From: Neophaeotheca triangularis
Lineage: Eukaryota
Assembly: GCA_054600435.1 (NCBI GenBank)
Contig: BAAIJX010000030.1
Coordinates: 186,001-250,000, forward strand
DNA: 64,000 nt
Direction: 5' to 3'
The notes beneath the pieces are model-generated. The model did no database searches and was not told where the DNA came from. It saw only the letters and a list, made by a program, of their open reading frames with translations. The translations under genes and the position numbers were made by a program. Of the stretch, positions 11,878 to 22,991 are shown piece by piece (the first letter of the stretch is position 1; each line of letters opens with the position of its first letter).

Positions 11878-12579
11878 ATGGGGGGCATGCTATCGACCTT
11901 CTCGAAACTCATATGGGCGAAGAAAGAGATACGGATCCTAATCCTAGGACTGGACAACGCAGGAAAGACCACCCTCCTGTATAGATTAAAGGTAGGCTCT
12001 TTCCAGCAAGACAGACAACAGCACTTCACCGCGCGCGCGCGAGAGGGAGACCACAGATCTAATACATTCCCACCCTCAAGATCGGCGAAGTCGTAACCAC
12101 CATCCCGACCATCGGTTTCAACGTTGAATCCGTCACCTACAAGAACCTCAACTTCAACGTGTGGGACCTCGGAGGCCAGACGAGCATCCGGCCCTACTGG
12201 CGCTGCTACTACGCCAACACGGCCGCAGTCATCTTCGTAATCGATTCCACCGACATCGAGCGCTTGAACACCGCTTCGGATGAGCTGGCGGCAATGCTGA
12301 ATGAGGAGGAGCTGCGCGACGCCGCGCTGTTGGTTTTCGCCAACAAACAGGACCAGCCCGGTGCAAAGGGCGCCGGAGAGATTAGTGAGGCGTTGAAGTT
12401 GGGCGAGCTGAAAGATCGGAATTGGAGTATTATGGCTTGCTCGGCTATTGATGGGAGGGGTGTCAGCGAAGGCATGGATTGGCTTGTGGTAGGTTTGCCG
12501 TTCCTTGGTGGTGATTGCTGTGGAAAGCATGGGTGTGCTAACTCGAGGGTCGCAGCAAACGGTTGGCGAGAGCTCATAG
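11878..12579 (+). CDS. ARL1: ADP-ribosylation factor-like GTPase Arl1, 3 exons (introns 11992-12080, 12489-12555)
   Basis: MG myristoylation start, [36 protein letters not shown] (Arl1 signature), NKQD. Confidence 0.96.
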
Positions 12580-13032
12580 ATTGTTTCCTTATCCGGGTCT
12601 GTGTCGGTTCTGCATGGCGCTCAGGCGTTGTCGAATGCATTTACGAGGAGCGCTGCTGCGCAATGGGGGAGTCTAGATACCAACTCAACTATCGACTGAT
12701 TCGACCTGTCTCGTCTCACGAAGTATGCATAGAAAGACTGTGATGGAGCATGCCAGCCGGCTGGGACAAGGTACTCACAATCTCGCCTCCCTCACCGGCA
12801 TCTGGGCCAATAACCCAAAAACGACTTGATGAGAAACATTGAGCAGGTTCAATTACTAGTAGACATGATGGCCGACTTGACTCAGCCCCGAAAACTCCGC
12901 GCTCGATTGTCAACTAAATTTCGCCCTCAACGCCTGCGCTAGTATCGCAAAATCCTTCTATAGCTCCAAAATATCGCATCAGACATCATCAACACGTCGG
13001 CTTGCTCAGAAACATAGAATCGTCCAGATCTC

Positions 13033-14883
13033 TCAAACCATATCGCTAGCAGCCCTACGCCTCGTAAAAGGGCGATCCGAATTCCGCGCCGCCGGCTTGC
13101 TAATCATCTGATTCGGATCAGTAATACTCCGATCAACAATAGTCACGCCGCCGACGTTCGGAACAGTGGTATTGGCCACAGGTTCGACGTCAATCTGACC
13201 AGGATAACCTTCACCTGCCGGAACCTCCTCGTCTCTGGTCTGCTTCTGCTCGGCCTCGGTCTTCCACCCGCCTTCGTCGCGGTCTTCTTGCTTCTGCGGC
13301 CAGAGTATGTCTTTGACAATAACCGCCCGGATCATCATCATGAACACCAGCATCCACCCCAGTATCAAGAGACACGTCATGACGCACCCGAGGATGCGGA
13401 TGGCGCGACTGTCAAGCGCCCTGGCGACTGCGAATGTCGACGTCGTGAGCGCCGTGTTGGGGAAAATGTACGAGTACCAGGTCATTGCGAAGGTCATCCG
13501 GCCGTGGCGGACGCACGACCAGTGCGCGCCGACTGACACGATGAAGAACCAGAAGGCTAACCCCCAGAGCCAGAGACCCATCCAGTTGGCCATTACCTTG
13601 GAGACTTTGCCGGCGAATTCCCCATCGCCCATGAAGTCCGCCGTGACCACGTCCGGTAGTCGCTGGCCCATGTTGATGATGCCGGCGATTGTGAAACCGG
13701 ACGGGCCGACGCTGATGAACATGCCCGGCCTCAGACTCTCCTTTGGCAATTTCTGCGTCATCAAGCGGTACAAGAACGCCGCATAAATCATCAACGAGAC
13801 CAGGAATCCGATGCCCTGGAAAACAAAACCGCCAATGATGATATACAGCGCTTGCGGGCCTTCGACATTGTTCGCCAAAACACCAGCATGCGGGCCAATA
13901 ATCAGCAGCGGGTAAGCGGGAAAGATCCAAACGGGCGTCATTTGCGAAATGGTGAAGGTCTGCGTGGACCACATGACGAGGTAGATGCCGCAACTAAAAG
14001 CAACGGCCAGGCCACAATAGCACCAGAACAACACCACCATGACGCTCGTCAGCCACTCCCCGGCCTGATCCTGCGTCGTCCCATACTGCGTAATATTCGT
14101 AAACACGATGCCGACGGAAATCAACCAGGCGGGAATGAAAAGCGACTCGGTCGGGTGCAGAATGCTGGCCTTGAAAGTCGAAGGGTAGAATTTGAAGCGC
14201 AACGAGATCATGGTGACGTTGAAAGCGAACAGCACCATGTTGAGGATGAAGAAGACGCAGCCGAGTTCGTACAGGCCTGCGAAGCGGTACGGCACCGACC
14301 AGAGCACGTTGGCCACGCCGCCCGTGGCCATGGTCATGGTGAACCAGGTCCAGGTGAAGTGGCGGACGCGCTCGCGCCATTTGAGCGCGAAGACGCTGTG
14401 GTGGTGGTGGTGGCCGCGGTGCGAGAGGGTGTCGGTGCGGCTTTCTTTGCTCTCGTGGCGTTGGACGGGTGCCATCACGTCGGTGGTTTCGGCATGGTCT
14501 TCGCCGTACTGCCGGTTGTGGTCAGCGGCGGATTCGTGGTTGGCGTTTTGGTGGTGATGGTGGTGGTCGTCGTCGGTCGTGTTGGTTGCGGTGCCTCGAA
14601 GGTGCGTGCGTGAGTTGTGAGGTGAGTGGTGGTAGAGGGAGTAGCCGCTCGAGCCGGGATGCTCGAGGTGTGGGATTGGCACTGCAGGCCAAGGTTAGTG
14701 GAGTGCCTTTTGACTGGAGGAGCGTAGTTAATGGTGATATGACATTGGCGCGAGATAGCCGTTGCAGCCGCGACAAGCAGTGATTGTTATTATTGCCTGA
14801 TGAGCTGCTCCATGATGGGTGGAGCAGTTGTGTGAGGAGGGGACAAGTAGCATACCTGCAGCTGCAGCGACACCATCGGCCAT
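13033..14883 (-). CDS. MAE1: C4-dicarboxylate/malic acid transporter (Mae1, SLAC1/TDT family), 2 exons (intron 14682-14855)
   Basis: RHFTWTWFTMTMATGG, HPTESLF, PGMFISVGPSGFT and WYSYIFPN motifs, about ten TM helices. A short first exon MADGVAAAA splices in frame via GTATGC...CTAAC...CAG. Confidence 0.9.
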
Positions 14884-15734
14884 GGTTTGCGTGATATCGC
14901 AGGTATTATAAGAATATTCTTATCAACTCGGCTGGGAGTTGGGTCGATCTGATTATCACTCAGGCTGGTGCATTGCGGTCCTCACAAGTCGTCGATGGAA
15001 CAGACGCAGCTTTGTTGAAGAAGCACAACAAGAACGGCAGTAGTAGTAATAATGATAATTAGTCCACCGCCTTTCCTCGCTATGGGCGGTGACTAGTACT
15101 GACGTTACTTAACTTAGGGGTGAAGACTAATAAGAGCAGACAACACTACTACTTTACAAGTTACGGCAGCGTTTGCTAACTTTTTCCTTGCAAGTTCCAT
15201 GGGGCCTCATGTTTCTTTCTGCCATGGATGGTTTGCCGTGCCGTGACAGATCGGGGTGGGGACGGATCATGAACATCTGCCGTCTTAACCGGCCAGCTCC
15301 ATATCCACTCTTTTTTCCGTCCGCGGAATCTTCCATCGCGGGCGAAGAAACGGCTTGCTTTGGCCGAGGCTTCGGGTTGGAATTTGCGAACGTCTTATGG
15401 ACGTAATGGACAAGTAGGTACCTATCCGGGGGTACTGTAATAAGATGTATACAGTACGTTCGTTCGAGGTCGACATGGTTGGGATGCTGGATGCTGGATG
15501 CTGGACATGAGCTAACGGCATTCAATGATATAGCCATGATATTGCTACAACGCTACAGAACCACTAGCAACCTCGCCCAGCAACACCTTCTCGCTCAGAA
15601 TGCTAAGCTAAGTAAAGATGCAAGCGATGCCTCTCACTCCATTCATAGTGTAGCTAAACCTCGCCCCAGCAACCACAAAACGCCTCGCTAGCAAACTCCC
15701 AAGCCATGCTGATACTACCACCCCTCTATCTCCC

Positions 15735-18700
15735 CTACCAAAAGCTACACCACCCCATATAATGCACACAAAGATTCTCAAGACTGGTCGCCTCACTGAG
15801 CAACTTTTCCACCTGCTCCTCGATGCCCAGCTCGTTGTCTTTCTTAAAGTCCCGGCCAGTCAGCTTCTCCTTGACTCTGCTCAACACCTGTAGCGCCCGC
15901 GCGTTTTGCACTTCCTTCTCCACCGGGTCGATGTGGCCGTTGATCTGCGTCGAGTTGAGGCGGTTGCGCGGTCTGTACGAGCTGCCGGGGCGGTCTGCCG
16001 GTGCGTTCGGCTCGCCACCCATGACTGAGGGTCTTCGGCCTTCCGTCGGCGCTGGCATGCCCATGATAGAGGTGCGGCGTTCGGAGGGGAACGAGGGTTC
16101 CGGTGGGCTTTCGCGGTTGCCCAGACGCCAGGTGAGGAGCGGGTCGTGGATGAAGGCCTCGAGCACTGCCATCAGCGACTCCTTGTTCGTGCGCAGCAGA
16201 CGCATGACGTGTTCGCAAGTCGTGCGGAAGCTGCCCTCGATGTTGCTGACTTCCATGGCGAACGTGAGCATACGGGTGAGGCGGAAGGGCACACGCTCCG
16301 GGTACTTTTCGCGGTGCATGGCCACTTCGAAGCAGTCGCCAAAGTCGATGTGGATGATCTTGCCGGTCACGCGATCGAGCATCAGGTTTGAAGGGTGGCG
16401 GTCTCCCAAGCCCAAAATGTACCCGACCATTGACATGACACCGAGGGAGCGCGTGTAGTTTGTGCGTCTGTCGAGCCACGCTTCCGAACTTTTACTCTTG
16501 AGCCAGAGCACCCGATAGAGGTCCTGTCCAGTAGTATTGTCGAGAGCGTAGCCAAAGACCTCCACCTTTTGCATCAGAGTGAGGTTATCATAATCAGGAG
16601 CCATTTGCAGCATGATTCGGTGCTCGATGTTCAGTAGGATCTTGCGGCTTTCGCGGTACTCCCTAATTAGTACGTGGAGTGTGTCGCTGTTCGGCACCCA
16701 TCCCAGCAGACCGGACTGCGTCGAGAGAGGAATGGCTGCGTAACGCTGGATGTTAAGATGGCGCTTCAGACACTCGGGATCCGTGGCCAGCTCCGTGTTG
16801 ACTAGGCCGAAAAGCTGCATGACACGCTCGTCTTGACGGATATCTTCGTGACCCTTGAGTAGGTAATCGTAACGGTTGCCATCGTCGCCACGCAACGACA
16901 ACTTGCGGGGTCTTTGTTTCGATGAGATGACTGTCGAGACCGGGTCGAAAGACTGGATGCGTACAACCTTCTTGCCACTCTGATACGTGCCTGGTGCAGC
17001 GAGCTCGAGATCATGTGCATTCTTCAACTCGGGCGAGACGTATTGGAGCTCCAAACTCATGAGCTGGGGCAGTTGCCTGGCAATCCGCCTGAAAATGCCG
17101 TAGTACAAGTCCCAGGCCTGGCCCAGGTCACCAATCTCATGAGTGGTCTTGTACGCTTCGCACCAGTCCTTAGCCTCGGCGAGGTCACGACCAAAACTCT
17201 GAATGAAGGAAATCTCGCGAAGGGTCTCGGGGCCCTTGCGGAGCATTTCATGCAGTGGTTCGAGGGTAGCAAGCATGCCTTGGATATTGTTGTCTGCGAA
17301 GTATAGGCGTGAAGCTTCTTCGAGACCCTCGTGCCACTGCTCGTGCCAGAGTACAGCGATTCGGATAAGTTCGTGGCTTACTAGCCCAGCTTGTTCGACG
17401 AGGTTTGGGCTGTGCTGGCGCATGGCCTCCATGATGCGAGCGGCTGATCTTGAACGGTTGCTGACATCGGATTTCATCGAGACTGTGAGGGGGTAGACCA
17501 AGGCCTGGGGGTGCGCTCTGCCGACATCAACGAGCAGGTTGTGGATGGCCTCGCGAACAAGCCTGTTGGGTTGATTGATGCGCGCAATCAGCTGTGGGAT
17601 GACTTCGAGCCACGTGTCGACGCTGACAGTGGTGATGCCTTGGGTCACAGTGTGCGTAACCTCCTGGTGAGCCCCGTGTGCAAACCAAAGCGTGAAAAGA
17701 CGCAGAGTATCTTGCAGCGAGCTCATCTGAGAAAGCGCAATCGACCTGAAGAAGCCCTTGATAGCTGGGACCACGTGCTCACTGACGGCGTACTGCGGTA
17801 TCTCGGATGCTTCTCTATCACGTCCGGCGACGAGGGCATTGACGACCTCGAAATTGGCCAAAGCCCATGAGTGCCATGCCTTGTACCAGTCCTGATTGTA
17901 CCGAGTAGCGGCGTGGTACGATTGGAGTACATCTTGTACATGCTCAGGAGACCAGTCCCCGTCGTGGAGTTTAATCTGCCAGTCGCCTTGCTTGAGATAT
18001 GTCCGAGCGAGCAGCATTTTCCACTCACCCAGCTCGGCTTTCTCCTTCGGCGTCATTTGCATTTGCGTCGAACCAAAGGGTGCGTTGTTGCCATTCATAC
18101 GGTTGAGGCCATTGATTCCATTCGTGATAGCTTGTACTCCGTTTGCAGCACCGTTGGCAAGGCTCATAGATCGGTTCTCGTAGTCATCTTTAAGTCTCCC
18201 GACAAAATCTTTCAGAGAACTCAGGGCTCCTTCATTGAAACCGTTGCCCCACATGTATTTGAGTACGGCGTACTGCACAGCGTAGGGCGCTTCCCTCATG
18301 CGAGGCATACTCTGGGGCGTCGTGATGGGTCCAGCAGGACCCAGAAGGCTGTTGAGACTCTTCTCAGCCAGCCCTCCTCTTTGCGCTTTCCTGCAGATCG
18401 AGGCAAACTTGATGTACATGTCCGGATTCTCCTGCGGCGTTATCACAAGAGCTCGAACCTTGAGCATCCTGCCCCAAACTTCAACATTACGCTGGCATCC
18501 CTTGAGCCTCTTGGTCCACATATCACGCATCCGCTCTTGCTTCTCGGCGTCGTTGTTGTGCTGCTTGTACGTGATGATCTCTTCCAGCTCTGCGAGCATC
18601 TGCACACGAACGATGATGCTGTAAGCACGTGTGTAGCTCTCGCCGAGCAAAGCGGACAGTTCGGTATCAAGGCCGTCTCGGGCTCTGCTGATGTGGGCAT

Positions 18701-21700
18701 GCGCCTCTTCGAACTGGTTGCGGTGAATTGATAATATCGCTCCGAAGAAACTGCGGTCCGGAGAGTGTTGCTTCATGACCCCGAGGTAGTTATCCATGAG
18801 CTCCCATTGACCCATACCCCAGGCCGCCGCTGCGGCGAGGGGTGCAATCTTTTTGCGATCCTCTGAGGTCGCACTCATCCATCGATCTTGCGCAATTGTA
18901 GAGAGTGTATCCCATTCACCGAGCGCGTGCAAGCAACGCATCTTGCCCATGATGACCTCGAAGCCCACAGCTGCGCCCTCATCACGTTCACGACGCTGGT
19001 ACGCCTGGAGCGCCTCTTCCCAGCGTTGGAGCTTCTCGAACCATGTCTCTTTGAGATCGACGTCGTTGTATCCCTGGGCTTTTCTGAGAATACCAAACGC
19101 GGCATCAGTCTGCTGCAACTGATTGTTGATACTAATAAGCGCCTCTACAGCAGAGGAGTTCTGCTCGGCGTTGAATTCGAGCTCCTTGTAATGCAACGCT
19201 TTGGCGAATGCATGGCATTTGCCGGCATACATGCCCAGAGTACGAACATCTATCGGCAAAGCCTTGTCATCATGTTCCATGAACTCGGCGAGATTCAGCA
19301 GCATCTGGAGTATCTCCGGCGGGATATGCGGGCTAGTAAGCGCAGTCTCGATAGAGCGCACCAGTTCCTCCTGGTATTGATCGTACAGTTCCGTCCAGCA
19401 ACTGACAAAAGCACTGTTGAACAAGCTCTTGGCGAGAGCTGGGTAGACACTCGCAAGAGGTGTACATGCTCTGAGCGCTTGCTGGGGCGACTCTTTGAGA
19501 AGCTCCACGGAGAAGCGACGCATCCACTCTTGCCAGTCTTCTTTGGTCGACTTCTGATTAGCCTCCCAAGCATTCTTAAGGTGCTGTTGATTGACCGCCA
19601 GCTTCTTGGTGGATATCTCGGTGCCGAAGTTGTCGTCGTCCTCGTCAGCGTAGCGCTTGCTTGGACTGAGGTTCTGCGGCAATGCCTCGCCGTTCTTCAA
19701 CTTCTCTACAATCTTCCCGTAGGTCGCGTGTGGAACTTTGTGGGTAGTGAGGATCTTCTCGATGGTAGGCACAAAATGGATGTAGTCTGGTCCCAATTGA
19801 AAGACGAGCGCGCACAGTGTGTCGAGCGCAGTTTGCTTCAGGTTGGAGTCATGGCCGGCGAGAACTCTGCCCAACGGATGAATGATCTTGGCAGCGAACT
19901 CAGAGATGTTGACTTGCTTGCTAAGCCTTCCGATTGTCTCGATAGCTGCCTTGCGAACTTCTCGATTCCGCTGGCGGTCGGTGTCGAACATGCGCACAAT
20001 GACAGGAATGATGAGGTGCATGTACTCCTCAGCGCTGGCCCCGAAGATCAAGAAAGCGTGCAAAACTCTTTGACTTGCTGCTCGACCGGATTCGGTTCTC
20101 GTGTCTGCGTCCAGAACACCGAGCATAAGAGGTAGCACAGAAGCGAGGTACACCTTAAACTCTCCTTCAAGCGACCGTGCTATACTTTCAATAAGACTGA
20201 GTATCGTTGCTTGCAGCTGCGTCCCCTTGTACCAATGCCTCGCGACAGCCTCAAGAATGATGTGCAAGTGAGGTCGGATGTGCTGGCGAACGATCTTCAC
20301 AAGCATGCTGAGCTGGTTGAAATAGCCTTCTAACCTCGCGTCCGCCAGGCCAGGGTCTTCGGTGACTTTGACAATGCCGGGAACCACTCGGTCCAAGAAG
20401 GGTACGCAACGCATCCCCATTGTAGCGTAGATGCTCATGACAGCTTCGACGACGCCAGAGTGGTATTGCTTCAAGGTGTCTTCTTTCAGCATGCTCATGA
20501 GCGTATTGATCACGACAGTTGGGTAGTAGTCTTCGTTGCTAGGGGTGATGCCTTTCATGATGAGCGTGACATCAGACTCTGCCTCAGCTTCGGCACGGAG
20601 ATTTGACTCAGGCGACTCTTCCATGACTTGTTGGTGCCTGTAGGGGTCGAGCGCGCCGAGGATACCCATGAGCCGAATAGTCTCTCGTCTCAAGTTTCCC
20701 GGTGGCTCGTTCTTGACGATGCTGACGAGGACAGTGAGAAGCTCGGGGTGCTCCAGATACGGGTCGATAACATAGCCGCTGTTAGAAGCTAGTTGGCCCA
20801 GAGTGCAGAGAGCGGCTTCGCGCTTCTTTGGTGAGGCTAGGTCTTGCAAGCTTCTGATGATGACCTTCATCAAGGCTGGGATGTACTTGATCATGTCATC
20901 ACAGCCGACAATAGCGAGATCGCCCAGTGCTCGCAAGGTGGTGGCAGCCACGTCTGGATTGGGATCTTCCGCTTTGGGCAAAAGTACGGTAACCATTGGA
21001 TCCACATACGGTTTGATGAGTTTGCTGCTTGCACCGACAAGGTGGCTGATGAGTTGTGCAGACTCCCGCTTGTTATTCGGGTTGTTTGAGTACTCAATCT
21101 CAGTGAGCAATTGGATGAGGACCTTACGCAGAGAAGGAAAGACATAAGCAGGATTTACACTTGTAAGTCGGCCGATAATGGTCATGGCTGCTTCGCGGAT
21201 CGGGAACTTCTCGTCGTTAAGAGCCAGGAAGAGCGTTCGAACATTCTCGGCCTTGCCCAGATGGCGATCGAAACGAGCATCCAGGGAGACGAGTACAGTT
21301 TGTCGAATGTCGGGGTAGGGGTCCGCAACACCGACTGTGAGGAGCTTCTCTATTACATCACTCACGACTTGAATGGCATGGTGGCTGGTTTGGTGGACGA
21401 TAGGATCTTTGACGAAGAGCTGGCAACAGGTCAAAGCGGCTGCCTTGCGTATAACCGGATCATCGTCCTCCACATAGCGTATGGCAACATCTCGAACAAA
21501 CTCGTTGAGTACATGTCCACTAAAGTCAAACGATCCAAGCGTGTGCAAGGCCAATGCAATCTCCTGGTCCTTGTGTTCGACGTGGTTGGGGTCACGAGCA
21601 TCACGATACTCGCGGGTGAATATGGGCGGAGGGCCCCTGCCTTGAGTTGGATGTCCGAGGGTTTGGAAAGACTTGCCGCACAGAGACTTGCTCAGGAGGT

Positions 21701-22991
21701 CGAGAAGCTTTTCTTGGATCGTAGGCTTCACCGGCGGAATGTAATGAGCCATGTCCACCAATGCTTGCGTCAAGGCATCACTAAGGCCGCAGGCGAAGAT
21801 TGGGTCCAGAAGAGCCTCCATGTACTTGCTAAGTGTCTGCCCAACGGCAATGGAGATCATGCTGATGCATTCAAAGATGGGTGCTTCGTCGGAGCTCTTG
21901 GTCCTGCTCTTGACGGAGAGGGCTTCTCTCACATGCAGAAGGATGGTGTCGAGGTAGGGGGCGATGTGTGACCCCACGGCATGTGCTATCTTGCCAATCG
22001 CGGCGAAGGCCATGTTTCGCTGTCGAACGTCCCGCAGTAGAACCTGTAAGTGTTGCATGGAACGTGCGAGATAGTTATGGCAGAATTCCTTTGGTGAGTA
22101 GGCGGCCAGGATTGGCATGATGTCTACCACGGTTCGGCGTATGGTAGGATCTCGATGCTCGCGGTACTGCTGTTGTAGCACCCTTTCGCATGCTTCCTTG
22201 TACCGGCCGCCTTGCATGAACATACCGCCTTGGACTAGTAGCTCCTTGTAAGCCAGAAGGGATCCGTGAATGCCTTCCACCGTCCCTTTCCGAAATCCTT
22301 CTTGAGCCCCTTCGTAGATCCTACTCAAACACGAGGAGCGCTGCGCCGGATCTCTTGAGGACAGTATCCTGAAGCATAAGCTCAACGTCTCCGCAGCGGT
22401 CTCTCTTATGACGACCTTGGGATCCCTCAACCCCTCCCACAAGGTCTGCAGGATGACTTGGATGTACTGATAGAGCAGCGTGGAACTAGACCGAGACATT
22501 TCTCGCAGCTCCAACACAGCAGCAAATCTCCTGCCCTCATTACGTCCCGGCTCGTTCAACCATTCAATCGATCTCTTGACTTCAAACTCCACCAGCTCTG
22601 CAGTGAGGGCACCTCCAGGCGTAGCCAGCTTGCCCAGACACTTTGCGGCCACTATCATTGCTTGGCTGTCGTTGCCTTCCATGGTCCTGCGGATGTAGTT
22701 GCTGTACTTTGTGACCTTTTGCGCCGCATCGTCACCTCTGAAGTCGATCAACGCGCTCATTGCGTAGAGCCCGCCGGTTCGTTCGTGGGTATCGCTACCG
22801 TTCAGTATGACCGTCACCATTCGAGAATTGACCTCGTTGTAGTAACGCGAGAACTCGGGAGGAGACAGTTCGCGAAAGGCTGAGTTTACTTGGTCGCCTA
22901 GCCTGCCGGCTGCTGCCTGCCTGGTAGCATCCTGACGGCCCTTGAGGTCGGCGAAGATGCCGTCGAGGACGTCCTTGTACGCCTGCGCCAT
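15735..22991 (-). CDS. TOR: Serine/threonine kinase TOR (HEAT-FAT-FRB-kinase-FATC), 2418 aa, single exon
   Basis: FRB LWHEQWHEGLEEASRLYF, kinase LLKGHEDIRQDERVMQLF, GLGDRHPSN, IHIDFGDCFE, FATC ...GWCSFW. Confidence 0.99.
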   Translation of the reverse strand: MAQAYKDVLDGIFADLKGRQDATRQAAAGRLGDQVNSAFRELSPPEFSRYYNEVNSRMVTVILNGSDTHERTGGLYAMSALIDFRGDDAAQKVTKYSNYIRRTMEGNDSQAMIVAAKCLGKLATPGGALTAELVEFEVKRSIEWLNEPGRNEGRRFAAVLELREMSRSSSTLLYQYIQVILQTLWEGLRDPKVVIRETAAETLSLCFRILSSRDPAQRSSCLSRIYEGAQEGFRKGTVEGIHGSLLAYKELLVQGGMFMQGGRYKEACERVLQQQYREHRDPTIRRTVVDIMPILAAYSPKEFCHNYLARSMQHLQVLLRDVRQRNMAFAAIGKIAHAVGSHIAPYLDTILLHVREALSVKSRTKSSDEAPIFECISMISIAVGQTLSKYMEALLDPIFACGLSDALTQALVDMAHYIPPVKPTIQEKLLDLLSKSLCGKSFQTLGHPTQGRGPPPIFTREYRDARDPNHVEHKDQEIALALHTLGSFDFSGHVLNEFVRDVAIRYVEDDDPVIRKAAALTCCQLFVKDPIVHQTSHHAIQVVSDVIEKLLTVGVADPYPDIRQTVLVSLDARFDRHLGKAENVRTLFLALNDEKFPIREAAMTIIGRLTSVNPAYVFPSLRKVLIQLLTEIEYSNNPNNKRESAQLISHLVGASSKLIKPYVDPMVTVLLPKAEDPNPDVAATTLRALGDLAIVGCDDMIKYIPALMKVIIRSLQDLASPKKREAALCTLGQLASNSGYVIDPYLEHPELLTVLVSIVKNEPPGNLRRETIRLMGILGALDPYRHQQVMEESPESNLRAEAEAESDVTLIMKGITPSNEDYYPTVVINTLMSMLKEDTLKQYHSGVVEAVMSIYATMGMRCVPFLDRVVPGIVKVTEDPGLADARLEGYFNQLSMLVKIVRQHIRPHLHIILEAVARHWYKGTQLQATILSLIESIARSLEGEFKVYLASVLPLMLGVLDADTRTESGRAASQRVLHAFLIFGASAEEYMHLIIPVIVRMFDTDRQRNREVRKAAIETIGRLSKQVNISEFAAKIIHPLGRVLAGHDSNLKQTALDTLCALVFQLGPDYIHFVPTIEKILTTHKVPHATYGKIVEKLKNGEALPQNLSPSKRYADEDDDNFGTEISTKKLAVNQQHLKNAWEANQKSTKEDWQEWMRRFSVELLKESPQQALRACTPLASVYPALAKSLFNSAFVSCWTELYDQYQEELVRSIETALTSPHIPPEILQMLLNLAEFMEHDDKALPIDVRTLGMYAGKCHAFAKALHYKELEFNAEQNSSAVEALISINNQLQQTDAAFGILRKAQGYNDVDLKETWFEKLQRWEEALQAYQRRERDEGAAVGFEVIMGKMRCLHALGEWDTLSTIAQDRWMSATSEDRKKIAPLAAAAAWGMGQWELMDNYLGVMKQHSPDRSFFGAILSIHRNQFEEAHAHISRARDGLDTELSALLGESYTRAYSIIVRVQMLAELEEIITYKQHNNDAEKQERMRDMWTKRLKGCQRNVEVWGRMLKVRALVITPQENPDMYIKFASICRKAQRGGLAEKSLNSLLGPAGPITTPQSMPRMREAPYAVQYAVLKYMWGNGFNEGALSSLKDFVGRLKDDYENRSMSLANGAANGVQAITNGINGLNRMNGNNAPFGSTQMQMTPKEKAELGEWKMLLARTYLKQGDWQIKLHDGDWSPEHVQDVLQSYHAATRYNQDWYKAWHSWALANFEVVNALVAGRDREASEIPQYAVSEHVVPAIKGFFRSIALSQMSSLQDTLRLFTLWFAHGAHQEVTHTVTQGITTVSVDTWLEVIPQLIARINQPNRLVREAIHNLLVDVGRAHPQALVYPLTVSMKSDVSNRSRSAARIMEAMRQHSPNLVEQAGLVSHELIRIAVLWHEQWHEGLEEASRLYFADNNIQGMLATLEPLHEMLRKGPETLREISFIQSFGRDLAEAKDWCEAYKTTHEIGDLGQAWDLYYGIFRRIARQLPQLMSLELQYVSPELKNAHDLELAAPGTYQSGKKVVRIQSFDPVSTVISSKQRPRKLSLRGDDGNRYDYLLKGHEDIRQDERVMQLFGLVNTELATDPECLKRHLNIQRYAAIPLSTQSGLLGWVPNSDTLHVLIREYRESRKILLNIEHRIMLQMAPDYDNLTLMQKVEVFGYALDNTTGQDLYRVLWLKSKSSEAWLDRRTNYTRSLGVMSMVGYILGLGDRHPSNLMLDRVTGKIIHIDFGDCFEVAMHREKYPERVPFRLTRMLTFAMEVSNIEGSFRTTCEHVMRLLRTNKESLMAVLEAFIHDPLLTWRLGNRESPPEPSFPSERRTSIMGMPAPTEGRRPSVMGGEPNAPADRPGSSYRPRNRLNSTQINGHIDPVEKEVQNARALQVLSRVKEKLTGRDFKKDNELGIEEQVEKLLSEATSLENLCVHYMGWCSFW

